Shown in pieces: positions 27,413 through 37,548 of a stretch of DNA of 64,000 nt. Source of the DNA: Caulobacter sp. (GTDB lineage Bacteria > Pseudomonadota > Alphaproteobacteria > Caulobacterales > Caulobacteraceae); assembly GCA_029866155.1 (NCBI GenBank), contig JARWZW010000048.1, positions 13,857-77,856 on the forward strand, written 5' to 3'. The notes beneath the pieces are model-generated. The model ran no database searches. It was not told the DNA's origin and saw nothing but the letters and a program-made list of their open reading frames with translations. Each line of letters opens with the position of its first letter. Position 1 is the first letter of the stretch. A program made the translations under genes and the position numbers.

Positions 27413-28780
27413 ATGGCCCGCGACGGCGCTCTATTTGTCTGCCAGACCTGTGGCGCCGTTTCATCCAAATGGGCGGGTCAGTGCGCCGCCTGTTCCGCCT
27501 GGAACAGTCTGGTCGAAGAAGTCAGCAGCCGGCCGCCGGGAGCCCTGGCGCCCGCCAAGGGGTCAAAGACCCGGGGCGGCCTGGCCTTCGAGGGTCTGCA
27601 GAGCGATACGCCGGCCCCGCCCCGCATCGTCACCGGCGTCGATGAGTTCGACCGGGTCTGCGGCGGCGGCGTCGTGCCCGGGTCCGCCATTCTAGTGGGT
27701 GGAGATCCGGGGGTGGGGAAATCCACCCTGCTGCTGCAGGTGGTGGCCAGCGCAGCCCTCCGAGGTGCGCGCTGCGCCTATATCTCCGGCGAGGAGGCGG
27801 TCGAGCAGATTCGGGGTCGCGCCGCCCGAATGGGCCTTGCCCAGGCCAATGTGCGCCTGGCGGCCGAGACCGCCCTGCGTGACATCCTCGAAGGCCTGAA
27901 AAAGGAGCCCTTCGATCTGGTGGTCATCGATTCCATCCAGACCATGTGGAGCGACGCCCATGAGGCCGGCCCCGGTTCGGTGACACAGGTCCGGTCCTGC
28001 GCTGCCGAACTGGTGCGTCTGGCCAAGAAACGCGGCGTCGCAGTCATCCTGGTCGGCCATGTCACCAAGGATGGCCAGATCGCCGGTCCAAGGGTTGTCG
28101 AACATATGGTCGATGCGGTCCTCTCCTTCGAGGGAGAGCGGGGCTACCCCTTCCGTGTGCTGCGCGGGGCCAAGAACCGCTTCGGCGCCACCGATGAAAT
28201 CGGGGTGTTCGAGATGGGTGACTCCGGCCTGTCGGAAGTCCGCAACCCCTCGGCGCTGTTTCTGCACGACGGAGCCGAGCGGGCGGCCGGCGCCGCCGTG
28301 TTCGCCGGCATCGAGGGATCCCGCCCAGTGCTGGTCGAGTTCCAGGCCCTGGTGGCGCCTTCGGCCTACGGCACGCCGCGCCGCGCTGTCGTGGGATGGG
28401 ATTCCGGACGGCTGGCCATGGTCCTGGCTGTCCTGGAATCCCGATGCGGCCTTGGTTTCGGCAATCGCGACGTCTATCTGAACGTCGCCGGAGGCCTCAG
28501 GATAACCGAACCGGCCGCCGATCTGGCAGCGGCGGCTGCCCTGGCCTCTTCGGCGCTGGATGAATCCCTGCCCCAGGACTGCGTGGTGTTTGGCGAAATC
28601 AGTCTTTCCGGCGATGTGCGACCTGTAGGCCGGATGGAATCGCGCCTCAAGGAGGCGGCCAAGCTGGGGTTTGGCCGGGCTCTGGCCCCTGCCGGGGCCG
28701 GCGACGCCCTACCCATAATCGGGGTGTCCCGCCTGACCGAAACCATCGACCGCATCGGGCAACAGAGGTGGGACACGTGA
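27413..28780 (+). CDS. radA: DNA repair protein RadA/Sms
   Basis: C4 zinc finger CQTCG...KWAGQCAAC, GDPGVGKSTLL, KNRFG, Lon-like C-terminus. Confidence 0.97.
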   Translation: MARDGALFVCQTCGAVSSKWAGQCAACSAWNSLVEEVSSRPPGALAPAKGSKTRGGLAFEGLQSDTPAPPRIVTGVDEFDRVCGGGVVPGSAILVGGDPGVGKSTLLLQVVASAALRGARCAYISGEEAVEQIRGRAARMGLAQANVRLAAETALRDILEGLKKEPFDLVVIDSIQTMWSDAHEAGPGSVTQVRSCAAELVRLAKKRGVAVILVGHVTKDGQIAGPRVVEHMVDAVLSFEGERGYPFRVLRGAKNRFGATDEIGVFEMGDSGLSEVRNPSALFLHDGAERAAGAAVFAGIEGSRPVLVEFQALVAPSAYGTPRRAVVGWDSGRLAMVLAVLESRCGLGFGNRDVYLNVAGGLRITEPAADLAAAAALASSALDESLPQDCVVFGEISLSGDVRPVGRMESRLKEAAKLGFGRALAPAGAGDALPIIGVSRLTETIDRIGQQRWDT

Positions 28781-29364
28781 CCCTTTTCGACCTCATGGCG
28801 GGACTTCTGCTGCTGGTCTCGGGCCTGACGGCCTTTGCTAGGGGCGGCGTTCGGGAAGTAGTTGGCATCGTGGCCCTGGTCGCCGCGGCCCTGCTGGCGA
28901 TCATGGCCCTGAGGATCACGGCGCCCGTCGCCCGGACCATGATGAGCCCCGACTGGGCCGCTGTCGCAGCAGCCCTCCTGGTCGTTTTTGTCGTTGTCTA
29001 TGTCGTCCTGCGACTGATCGGCGGGCAGATTTCCCGTAACGTCCAGAACGCTGGCGCACTCGGCGCCCTGGACCGGATAATCGGTCTGGGCATGGGTCTG
29101 TTCCGGGCCCTGGTCGTCCTCGGAACCTTCAGCCTGCTGCTTGAAATGGCCAGCGGCCCTACCGGCCCGCCGGCCTGGGTCAAGTCGGCGACGCTTTACC
29201 CCTTGACCCGGGGGGCCGCACGGGTGCTCAAGGCGTTCGCGCCGGACGGCTTCGCGGCGGCGGGCAAGATTGCGCCCGCTGTCGGGGACGCGGTAAAGGC
29301 CGGAGCGGGCTACAGCAATGAATCCCGCGATGCGATGGACGATCTGGTGGAGAAGACCCGATGA
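28777..29364 (+). CDS. cvpA: CvpA family membrane protein
   Basis: Hydrophobic; RGGVREV and LDRIIGLGMGLFR motifs; immediately upstream of purF. Confidence 0.88.
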   Translation: MTLFDLMAGLLLLVSGLTAFARGGVREVVGIVALVAAALLAIMALRITAPVARTMMSPDWAAVAAALLVVFVVVYVVLRLIGGQISRNVQNAGALGALDRIIGLGMGLFRALVVLGTFSLLLEMASGPTGPPAWVKSATLYPLTRGAARVLKAFAPDGFAAAGKIAPAVGDAVKAGAGYSNESRDAMDDLVEKTR

Positions 29365-30845
29365 CCCCTTTCGCCCACAGGACGATCCACCGTGATCCCG
29401 ACGACGACACCCTGCGTCTCGAATGCGGCGTGTTCGGCGTCTATGAGGTGGCCGAGGCCAGCGCGGTCACGGCCCTGGGACTTCACGCCCTTCAGCATCG
29501 CGGCCAGGAAGCCTGCGGTATCGCCACCTTTGACGGCCAACGCTTCTACACCGAGCGACATGTCGGCCATGTCGGTGACGCCTTTACCGGCCAGGACCTG
29601 GTCGACCGTCTGCCGGGGCGATCGGCCATCGGGCATACCCGCTACTCCACCGCCGGCGGCAGCGCCTTCCGGAACATCCAACCTATGTTCGCTGACCTCG
29701 AAGCCGGCGGCGTGGCCCTGGCTCACAACGGCAACCTGACCAATTTTCACACTCTACGCGACCGGCTCGTCTCCGATGGCGCGATCTTCCAGTCCACATC
29801 CGACAGCGAGGTGATCCTGCATCTCCTGGCCCGGTCGCGCAAAGCCAAGGTGGTGGACCGGTTTATCGACGCCATCGCCCAGATCGAGGGCGGCTACGCC
29901 CTGGTCGCCCTGACCAACAAGAAGCTGATCGGCGTCCGCGACCCGCTCGGCATTCGGCCCCTGGTTCTGGGGGACCTGGGCGGTCGTCCTGTGCTGGCCT
30001 CCGAGACCTGCGCCCTGGACATGATCGGCGCCCGTTTCGTGCGCGATATCGAACATGGCGAAATGGTTGTGATCTCGGAGTCCGGCGTGGAATCCCTCCG
30101 ACCCTTCCCGGCAGCCCGGGCCCGACCCTGTGTCTTCGAATATGTCTATTTCGCCCGTCCCGACAGCGTGGTGAACGGCCGGTCGGTCTATGAGGTGCGC
30201 AAGCGCATGGGCCGGCGTCTGGCCCAGGACAGCGGGGCCCCGGCGGATGTCGTGGTGCCCGTTCCGGACAGCGGCGTCCCGGCGGCCCTTGGCTATGCCC
30301 AGGAGAGCGGCATTCCCTTCGAGATGGGGATCATCCGGAACCACTATGTCGGGCGGACCTTCATCCAGCCGACCCAGGGCGTCCGCGAACTGGGCGTGCG
30401 TATGAAGCACAGCCCCAATCGTGCGGTGCTGGAGGGCAAACGCGTGGTGTTGATCGACGATTCCATCGTGCGGGGAACCACCAGCCGAAAGATCGTGCGG
30501 ATGGTTCGCGAGGCCGGAGCCACAGAGGTGCATCTGCGCAGCGCTTCGCCCCCCATCAAGTGGCCGGACTTCTATGGCATCGACATGCCGGAACGCGACA
30601 AGCTATTGGCAGCCACCCAGTCCCTGGAAGAGATGACCCGGTTCCTCGAGGTCGATTCCCTGGGCTTTCTCAGCGTCGAAGGCCTTTACGCCGCCCTGGA
30701 GGCCGGTCCCCGGGACCCGGTCAATCCGCAGTTTACCGACCATTATTTCACGGGCGACTACCCGACCCGGCTGACGGATCGGGAACTGGCCGAGTCCGAC
30801 AATGACGGCGTCGGCCGCCAGCTTTCGTTTCTGGTCAGCGCCTGA
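29361..30845 (+). CDS. purF: Amidophosphoribosyltransferase
   Basis: Propeptide ending ECGVFG, LQHRGQE, GHTRYST, HNGNLTN, VPVPDSG, LIDDSIVRGTT. Confidence 0.98.
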   Translation: MTPFAHRTIHRDPDDDTLRLECGVFGVYEVAEASAVTALGLHALQHRGQEACGIATFDGQRFYTERHVGHVGDAFTGQDLVDRLPGRSAIGHTRYSTAGGSAFRNIQPMFADLEAGGVALAHNGNLTNFHTLRDRLVSDGAIFQSTSDSEVILHLLARSRKAKVVDRFIDAIAQIEGGYALVALTNKKLIGVRDPLGIRPLVLGDLGGRPVLASETCALDMIGARFVRDIEHGEMVVISESGVESLRPFPAARARPCVFEYVYFARPDSVVNGRSVYEVRKRMGRRLAQDSGAPADVVVPVPDSGVPAALGYAQESGIPFEMGIIRNHYVGRTFIQPTQGVRELGVRMKHSPNRAVLEGKRVVLIDDSIVRGTTSRKIVRMVREAGATEVHLRSASPPIKWPDFYGIDMPERDKLLAATQSLEEMTRFLEVDSLGFLSVEGLYAALEAGPRDPVNPQFTDHYFTGDYPTRLTDRELAESDNDGVGRQLSFLVSA

Positions 30846-30873
30846 TCCTGCTGGCCGCTGTTGCGAGGCGCCC

Positions 30874-31842
30874 TTGTCGATACTGAAGGCCCTTAGGCCC
30901 GACCCCTATATCCTGGCCCTGTTGGCTGTCGTGATCCTGGCCTCACTGGCGCCGGCCCGCGGCCTGGCGGGCGACCTTCTTTCGCCCGTCACCAAGTCCG
31001 TTGTCGCCCTGTTGTTCTTCCTGCACGGGGCCAAGCTGCCAAGGGAGGCTGTGATCGCCGGCCTGACCCATTGGCGGCTGCATCTCGCGGTCCTGGCGGT
31101 CAGCTTCCTTTTGTTTCCTCTTTTCGGACTTGCCGCCGGTCTCGCCGCTCCCACCCTGCTCTCACCTCACCTCGCCGCCGGCCTTCTGTTCCTCTGCTGC
31201 CTGCCCTCCACCGTTCAGTCGTCGATCGCGTTCACAGCCCTGGCCCGGGGCAATGTCGCCGCTGCGGTCTGCGCCGCCTCGGCCTCGAACCTGGTCGGTA
31301 TGGCCGCCACGCCTTTGCTGGTGGCCGGCCTGATGCACGGCCAGGGCGCCGGCCCCGGATTTGACGCCGTACAGTCGATTTTCCTGCAGCTTCTTGCGCC
31401 CTTCGCCGCAGGACAGTTGGCCCGCCCCCTGATTGGCGCCTGGCTGGAGCGCCACAAGCCTCTGGTCGGGCTGGTGGATCGCGGATCGATCCTGCTGGTG
31501 GTCTACAGCGCCTTCAGCGCGGCGGTGATCGGCGGGGTCTGGTCACGAGTCTCGCCCGGCGATCTGGCCATGGTCTTCCTGCTTTGCGCTGTCCTGCTGG
31601 CGGCGATCCTGGCCATCACGTCATGGCTGGGCCGGGCCATGAGCCTGGCAGTTCCGGACCGTATCGTCCTGCTTTTCTGCGGATCCAAGAAGTCCCTCGT
31701 CACAGGCGCGCCCATGGCGGCGATCCTGTTCACGCCCGCCGCCGCGGGGGTGATGATTGTGCCCCTGATGATCTTTCATCAACTTCAGTTGATCGCCTGC
31801 GCAGTTCTGGCCCGGCGCTATGCGGACCGCACGTCTGACTGA
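30874..31842 (+). CDS. Bile acid:sodium symporter family transporter
   Basis: LFFLHGAKL, LPSTVQSSIAFT, ARGNV, FCGSKKSL, PLMIFHQLQL. Confidence 0.88.
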   Translation: MSILKALRPDPYILALLAVVILASLAPARGLAGDLLSPVTKSVVALLFFLHGAKLPREAVIAGLTHWRLHLAVLAVSFLLFPLFGLAAGLAAPTLLSPHLAAGLLFLCCLPSTVQSSIAFTALARGNVAAAVCAASASNLVGMAATPLLVAGLMHGQGAGPGFDAVQSIFLQLLAPFAAGQLARPLIGAWLERHKPLVGLVDRGSILLVVYSAFSAAVIGGVWSRVSPGDLAMVFLLCAVLLAAILAITSWLGRAMSLAVPDRIVLLFCGSKKSLVTGAPMAAILFTPAAAGVMIVPLMIFHQLQLIACAVLARRYADRTSD

Positions 31843-31889
31843 GATGATCTGCCTCGGGACAAATCCCTGGTCCCTCGCTAAACAGCGCC

Positions 31890-32615
31890 ATGTCCATTTC
31901 CCTGCCCCTCACTGACAAGATCGCCCTGGTCACGGGTGCGACCCGCGGCATCGGCTATGCCGCAGCCCTGGCCCTCGCAAAGGCGGGCGCCCACGTCATC
32001 GCCCTCGGACGAACACAGGGCGGGCTGGAGGCGCTGGATGATGAAATCCTCGCCGCGACCGGCAAGCGCGCGACCCTGGTGCCCATCGACCTGAGAAAGC
32101 CGGAAGACCTCGATCCTCTGGGCGGCGTGATCCACCAACGCTTTGGACGTCTCGATATCATCGTCCATGCCGCCGGCGTACTCGGGGGGCTGACCCCGGT
32201 CGGGCATGTGGAACCCAAGGGCTGGGAAGAGACCCTTACAGTCAACCTGACCGCCACCTGGCGGCTGATTCGCTCTTTCGAGCCGCTGCTGAGGGCCTCA
32301 GAGGCCGGGCGCGCGATTTTCGTCACAACGGGCCGCGTCGCCCGCCCCAAGGCTTTCTGGGGCCCCTACGCGGCCAGCAAGGCTGGCATGGAGGCCCTGG
32401 TGCGCTGCTGGGCGGACGAAATGGAGCAGACTGCGGTTCGCGCGGTCATTCTGGATCCGGGCGCTGTCCGGACCCGCATGAGGGCCCAGGCCTATCCGGG
32501 CGAGGATCCTCTGGACCTGCCGGAGCCCTCCGCCCTCGGGCCGCTGTTCGTATCCCTGGCCGGACAGAATGACCTGCCGGCCCAGCCTCAGACCCTGCTG
32601 TTCAAGCCCGGTTGA
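31890..32615 (+). CDS. Short-chain dehydrogenase/reductase (YciK-like)
   Basis: TGATRGIG, YAASKAG catalytic YxxxK, DPGAVRTRMRAQAYPGE. Confidence 0.9.
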   Translation: MSISLPLTDKIALVTGATRGIGYAAALALAKAGAHVIALGRTQGGLEALDDEILAATGKRATLVPIDLRKPEDLDPLGGVIHQRFGRLDIIVHAAGVLGGLTPVGHVEPKGWEETLTVNLTATWRLIRSFEPLLRASEAGRAIFVTTGRVARPKAFWGPYAASKAGMEALVRCWADEMEQTAVRAVILDPGAVRTRMRAQAYPGEDPLDLPEPSALGPLFVSLAGQNDLPAQPQTLLFKPG

Positions 32616-32688
32616 TCGCCAGGCTCCAGATCAAGGGTTTAAGGCATGGTTCGATCCGACAACCGCTGCACACCTGTCGAGCCATGCT

Positions 32689-34227
32689 CTATTTGGTGCG
32701 CCCGGGCTTCTGCGTCCGGGACCGGATCACCGGCTTGGCGGCGGTGGATTCCTTGGCAGCCTTGCGGGCCTTGGTGATCTTCTTGACCCGCGCCTGTTTG
32801 GCGTCCTTGGCGTTGGCGAAGACCCCGGGTTTGGCTGGCTTGGCCTTGGCCCCGCGTCCGGACCCGCTGCCCATGGGCCGCTTGTCGCCATCTGCGTCGG
32901 CGTAGGGGTTGGCCCCGGACTTGATCGTGATGCGGATGGGCACCCCGGGTAGGTCGAAGCTCTCGCGGATCGAATTGATCAGATAGCGCCGGTAATGCTC
33001 GGGCATCTGGTTCGCGCGACTTGAGAACAGCACAAAGGTCGGCGGCCTCGCCTTGGTCTGGGCGACGTATTTGGGCTTGATCCGCCGGCCATTGACGGCG
33101 GGCGGCGGGTGCCTCTGCACGGCAAGGGCCAGCCAGTCGTTGAGATCCCGGGTCTTGACCTTCGTCGACCAGTTGGCGTGGGTCTTGATCACCGCCGGCA
33201 TCAGCCGGTCCAGGCCCCAGGTGGTTTCAGCCGACAGCGCCACGACCGGCGCGCCTCGAACCTGGGGCAGCATGCGTTCGGCATGTTCGACAAAGCCCTT
33301 CAGGGTCGCCTGGGGATCTTCCACCAGGTCCCATTTGGCCAGGACAAAGACCAGGGCCCGACCTTCGCGCTCGACCAGATCCGCCAGCTGCAGGTCCTGG
33401 ATCTCGAAGGGGTGGGTCGCATCCATGACCAGCAGGACCACCTCGGCAAAGGTGATGGCCCGGATGGAATCCGCCACCGACAGGATTTCCAGCTTCTCGT
33501 GGATCCTGGCCTTGCGCCTCAGTCCGGCGGTGTCGACCAGCCGCACCTTGCGGCCGTCCCAGTTCCATTCCACCGGGATGGAGTCGCGGGTGATGCCGGC
33601 TTCCGGCCCCGTCAGCATCCGGTCCTCGCCGATCAAGGCGTTGACCAGGGTGGACTTGCCCGCGTTGGGCCGCCCGACAATGGCGATACGGATCGGCTTG
33701 TCAGGATCGTCCTCTTCCACATCGTCCTGATGTTCAGGAGCCAGACGCACCAGGGCGGCATAGAGATCAGCCATACCCTCGCCATGCTCGCCCGAGATCG
33801 GGATGGGCTCGCCGAACCCCAGACTCCAGGCCTCGGCGATCCCAGGATCGCCCTGCTTGCCTTCCGCCTTGTTGGCGCCGATCAGAACCGGCTTGTCCTT
33901 GCGGCGCAGGATTTCACCGAACACCTGATCCAGGGGCGTCACCCCTTCGCGGGCGTCGATCAGGAACAGGCAGATATCCGCCTCATCGATAGCCAGCTCC
34001 GTCTGGCGACGCATCCGCGCCTCCAGGCTCTCGTCATCGACATCCTCGAATCCGGCCGTGTCGACAAGGTCGAGCAGCATGTCGCCAATGCTTCCGCTCG
34101 CGAACCGCCGGTCACGGGTCACACCCGGCCGATCATCCACGATCGCCAGTTTTTTACCGGCAAGCCGGTTGAACAGAGTCGATTTCCCGACATTCGGTCG
34201 GCCGACGATTGCAAGTTTCAGCGCCAT
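32689..34227 (-). CDS. der: Ribosome biogenesis GTPase Der
   Basis: Two G-domains (GRPNVGKST, GRPNAGKST, DTAG), KH-like domain, basic C-terminal tail. Confidence 0.97.
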   Translation of the reverse strand: MALKLAIVGRPNVGKSTLFNRLAGKKLAIVDDRPGVTRDRRFASGSIGDMLLDLVDTAGFEDVDDESLEARMRRQTELAIDEADICLFLIDAREGVTPLDQVFGEILRRKDKPVLIGANKAEGKQGDPGIAEAWSLGFGEPIPISGEHGEGMADLYAALVRLAPEHQDDVEEDDPDKPIRIAIVGRPNAGKSTLVNALIGEDRMLTGPEAGITRDSIPVEWNWDGRKVRLVDTAGLRRKARIHEKLEILSVADSIRAITFAEVVLLVMDATHPFEIQDLQLADLVEREGRALVFVLAKWDLVEDPQATLKGFVEHAERMLPQVRGAPVVALSAETTWGLDRLMPAVIKTHANWSTKVKTRDLNDWLALAVQRHPPPAVNGRRIKPKYVAQTKARPPTFVLFSSRANQMPEHYRRYLINSIRESFDLPGVPIRITIKSGANPYADADGDKRPMGSGSGRGAKAKPAKPGVFANAKDAKQARVKKITKARKAAKESTAAKPVIRSRTQKPGRTK

Positions 34228-34362
34228 AGCGGTCTAGAGACCTTCCGAATGGCCTGTTGGTCAATCCGGACCGCACAACAGGACGCATTCCAATACAGGA
34301 GGCGGCGGCTCTTCGCAGAACCGCCGCCTCTATACAAGTGGTGTTGGCAGTCCGGTCGCAGA

Positions 34363-35721
34363 TCAGCGGATCGCAACCAGCTCCGCCTTGTCCGTCACGA
34401 CATAGACCATGCCCCCGGCGGCCATCGGGGTGATCAGGGCCGGAGCGCCGATCTTAAGGGTCTTGGTGACATCGCCGGTCTTGGGATTCAGCGCCAGGAC
34501 CCGCCCATCGCTCGACACCACAACCAGCCGGTCAGAGGCCACGACCGGGCCGAAATACAGGCGACGGTCCTTGCTCTTCTTGATTCCGGCATTGAGGTCC
34601 TTGATCCAGTAGACCTGACCATTATCGCGCGAGGCGCAGATCAGTTCACCCGCGCGTGAGATGATGTAGACCACGTCTCCGGCGGCCCAGGGAGTCGCGA
34701 TGGACGACACAGGCAGGGACCACCGGGCCTGTCCGGTCCGAAGGTCCGTCGCCACGAAGACACCCGAATGGCTCGCGGCGAAAACATCGCCCTTGTAGAT
34801 CACCGGGCGACCGGCCACGTCGCGAATTTCCGACAGGGCGTTGGTCCGGCTCGCCCGGGACAGGGCATTGTTCCAGAGATCATTGCCATTGCCGGACCGC
34901 ACAGCCACCAGTTCGCCGGAAGCGAAGGCGGCGACGACGACATCTCCCGAGGCCACAGGGCTTGACGCCGAAAGGATGCGGGCCGGTTCTATCAGGGCCT
35001 GGAAATCCCAGCCTGGCGCACCGGTTCCAGCGTCAAAGCTCAAAAGCTCATTGTCGGTGCTGATGGTGAACACCTTGCCCGCATGGACAGTCGGCGCTCC
35101 ATGGATGGGCGAAGCCGTTTCCTGCCGCCAGCCGCTCTCACCGGTTGCAGCATCCAGCTGCGCGACAAATCGAAAGCCGGAGCTGACGTAGATCTTGCCG
35201 CCGGAATAGGCCAGACCGCCGCCAAAACCGACCTTGTCCCGCTTGCTGCGGGCGTTCAGCTGCTTTTTCCAGATCACAGATCCGGTCCGGGCGTCCAGGG
35301 CAGACACTCCAGCCCGGGCGTCCATGACATAGACCCGGCCGTCGGCCAGGATCGGCGGCGCCGTGACATGGAGCTTGGCGCTGGACCCGGTGCCGAAGCC
35401 CTTTTTCCAGGCAATCTCGAAATCAGGCGCGGCCGCGACATTCTCGATCGCGGTTTCGGCCGGGCCGCCCGGCAGGGGCCAGTCCGCCTGGGCGATCGGC
35501 GAAGGCAGGTAGAAATCCACCCCCTTCAGACCTTCCGCCGCGGCGACGGTTTCATCAAAGGCGATCACCGAAATCCGCCGGCCGTCCGAGGCCGTGTCCT
35601 TGACCTCCTTCGGCTTGAACGGGTTCAGGTTCTCCGTCGCGCCGTTGAGGGTCGAACAACCGGTCGCCGCCAGGGCAAGGGTCAGAAAGGCAGCCGTCAA
35701 GGCGCCGCGACGCTGGATCAT
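34363..35721 (-). CDS. bamB: PQQ-like beta-propeller lipoprotein, BamB-like
   Basis: Lipobox ATGC, repeated Trp-docking PQQ motifs, yfgM-bamB-der order. Confidence 0.8.
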   Translation of the reverse strand: MIQRRGALTAAFLTLALAATGCSTLNGATENLNPFKPKEVKDTASDGRRISVIAFDETVAAAEGLKGVDFYLPSPIAQADWPLPGGPAETAIENVAAAPDFEIAWKKGFGTGSSAKLHVTAPPILADGRVYVMDARAGVSALDARTGSVIWKKQLNARSKRDKVGFGGGLAYSGGKIYVSSGFRFVAQLDAATGESGWRQETASPIHGAPTVHAGKVFTISTDNELLSFDAGTGAPGWDFQALIEPARILSASSPVASGDVVVAAFASGELVAVRSGNGNDLWNNALSRASRTNALSEIRDVAGRPVIYKGDVFAASHSGVFVATDLRTGQARWSLPVSSIATPWAAGDVVYIISRAGELICASRDNGQVYWIKDLNAGIKKSKDRRLYFGPVVASDRLVVVSSDGRVLALNPKTGDVTKTLKIGAPALITPMAAGGMVYVVTDKAELVAIR

Positions 35722-36488
35722 TGGGGAGCCTCGGCGGAAGGCGGCGGGGACATGGCCCCGTTCGGTTGAAGCATGACGGACGGCGGCATCTGGGCGGGCT
35801 GGGCGGAGTTGGCCAGCTTGACCGCCTCGGCCATAACGCCGGCCGACCCGGAATCGATCAGGCTGATTGCCGCCTTGGCCCGCTGGCGCATGCCCTGGCT
35901 GGCGTCGAAGATCTGGGACAGCACGACGAAATCCGTCCGTGCTTCCTTGAACCTGCCCTCGCGAAGCTTGAGGAAGGCCAGGGCCTCCTTGGCTTCCATG
36001 CGATAGGGGCGCTTGTCTTCATTGAGGGGAATGAGTCTGGCCTCCACGTCCTTGTAGGGAGCGGTGTCCATCAAGGCGAAGGCGGATTTGAGGCGGGCGA
36101 AATCGCCAAGCAGCGGATCGGGCGCAGCCTTGGCTGCATCATCAAAGAACTTGACCGCCTCGGCCGTCTGGCCGGCGTCCAGCCTCATGCCGCCCTGCTG
36201 CATCAGGGCCAGGGTCTTGTAGGCTGCGGGTCCTGTGCGGGCGATTTCCGCGAACAGGGAAACGGCCTTGACCTGGTCGCCCTCGGCGCCGGCTTCCATG
36301 GCCTTGGAATAGCTCTCCGAGGCCTTGGCCCGGGCGCTGGTCTGCCAGGAGTCCCATCCCCAAAGGCCCAGGGCGCCGATCAGAACAGCAGCCCCCACGC
36401 CGATGGCCCAGGGAAGGGCCCGCATGGCCAGGTTACGATAGCGTTCGGTCCGGAGTTGATCCTCGACCTCTTCGAAAACATCGACCAC
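35718..36488 (-). CDS. YfgM-like single-pass TPR membrane protein
   Basis: GTG start VDVFEEVEDQLR, TM, TPR-like helices; directly upstream of bamB. Confidence 0.82.
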   Translation of the reverse strand: MVDVFEEVEDQLRTERYRNLAMRALPWAIGVGAAVLIGALGLWGWDSWQTSARAKASESYSKAMEAGAEGDQVKAVSLFAEIARTGPAAYKTLALMQQGGMRLDAGQTAEAVKFFDDAAKAAPDPLLGDFARLKSAFALMDTAPYKDVEARLIPLNEDKRPYRMEAKEALAFLKLREGRFKEARTDFVVLSQIFDASQGMRQRAKAAISLIDSGSAGVMAEAVKLANSAQPAQMPPSVMLQPNGAMSPPPSAEAPQ

Positions 36489-36654
36489 GAAAGGGAGACT
36501 CCGTCCTGAGAGCGCTTCCGGCGCCAGATCCTGACACCGACTTTGGTTGTTCTTCGCCGTCATGCTCCTTCCGGATGGCCGGAGGCGCATTCAGGCGCTT
36601 GAGGAGGCGAAACCTATAGCCTCGCCTTCCCGGCTGCAACGCGGCGAAGGGAAA

Positions 36655-37548
36655 TCAGCCCAGCGCCACCAGTTCCTTGCTGTCCTCGGCCTTGCGACGT
36701 CGCTCGATAAGCCAGACGCACCAGATCGACACCTCGTAAAGCAGGCAGATCGGGATCGCCAGCATCAGCTGGCTGATAGGATCGGGCGGGGTCACCACGG
36801 CGGCCACGACAAACACCCCGACAATAGCGTAGCGGCGGGCTGTTCGAAGGGCCTGGGAACTGACCAGCCCGGCCAGCCCGGCCAGGGTCAGCACAACAGG
36901 CAGCTGAAAACACAGACCAAACGCCAGCAGCAGGGTGGTCACCAGGGACAGATACTCATCGACCTTGGGGGTCAGTTCGACGGAGATCGCCGCTGTGCTG
37001 ATCTGCTGCGACAGCGAAAACCACAACACGAACGGGAGCATGACATAATAGACCAGCGCAGCGCCGACCGTGAACAAGACCGGCGAGGCCACCAGGAATG
37101 GCAGGAAGGTATAGCGTTCACGCTTGTAGAGGCCCGGCGCCACAAACCGGTAAAGCTGCCAGGCAAGGACAGGAAAGGTCAGGACCAGGGCGCCGAAACC
37201 CGCCACCTTGAGCTTGGTGAAGAAAAACTCGAGGGCGGCCGTATAGATCAGCTTCAGCTTCGCGGCGTCCGGCGCCGGCGCCACCTCTTTCTGACCGATC
37301 AGCGCCAGGATCAGGTCGAAAGGTCCATGTTTTCCACCGGTCGCCTTCTGAGCCGCCAGCAGGTCCTGTGCTGCCGAGAAGGGTTTGACCAGGAAAAGAA
37401 AAATCTGGTCCGCGAAGAAAAAACAGACCCCGAAACCGACGGCCAGGGCCAGGACGCAGACAATCAGCCGGCCGCGCAGTTCAACCAGATGGTCCAGCAG
37501 CGGGGCGCGGGACGCCTCGATATCGGATTCCTCTTCGGGCAGGCTCAT
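36655..37548 (-). CDS. tatC: Twin-arginine translocase subunit C
   Basis: PLLDHLVELRGRL, FVAPGLYKRE, FQLP, VVTPPDPISQ. Confidence 0.97.
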   Translation of the reverse strand: MSLPEEESDIEASRAPLLDHLVELRGRLIVCVLALAVGFGVCFFFADQIFLFLVKPFSAAQDLLAAQKATGGKHGPFDLILALIGQKEVAPAPDAAKLKLIYTAALEFFFTKLKVAGFGALVLTFPVLAWQLYRFVAPGLYKRERYTFLPFLVASPVLFTVGAALVYYVMLPFVLWFSLSQQISTAAISVELTPKVDEYLSLVTTLLLAFGLCFQLPVVLTLAGLAGLVSSQALRTARRYAIVGVFVVAAVVTPPDPISQLMLAIPICLLYEVSIWCVWLIERRRKAEDSKELVALG

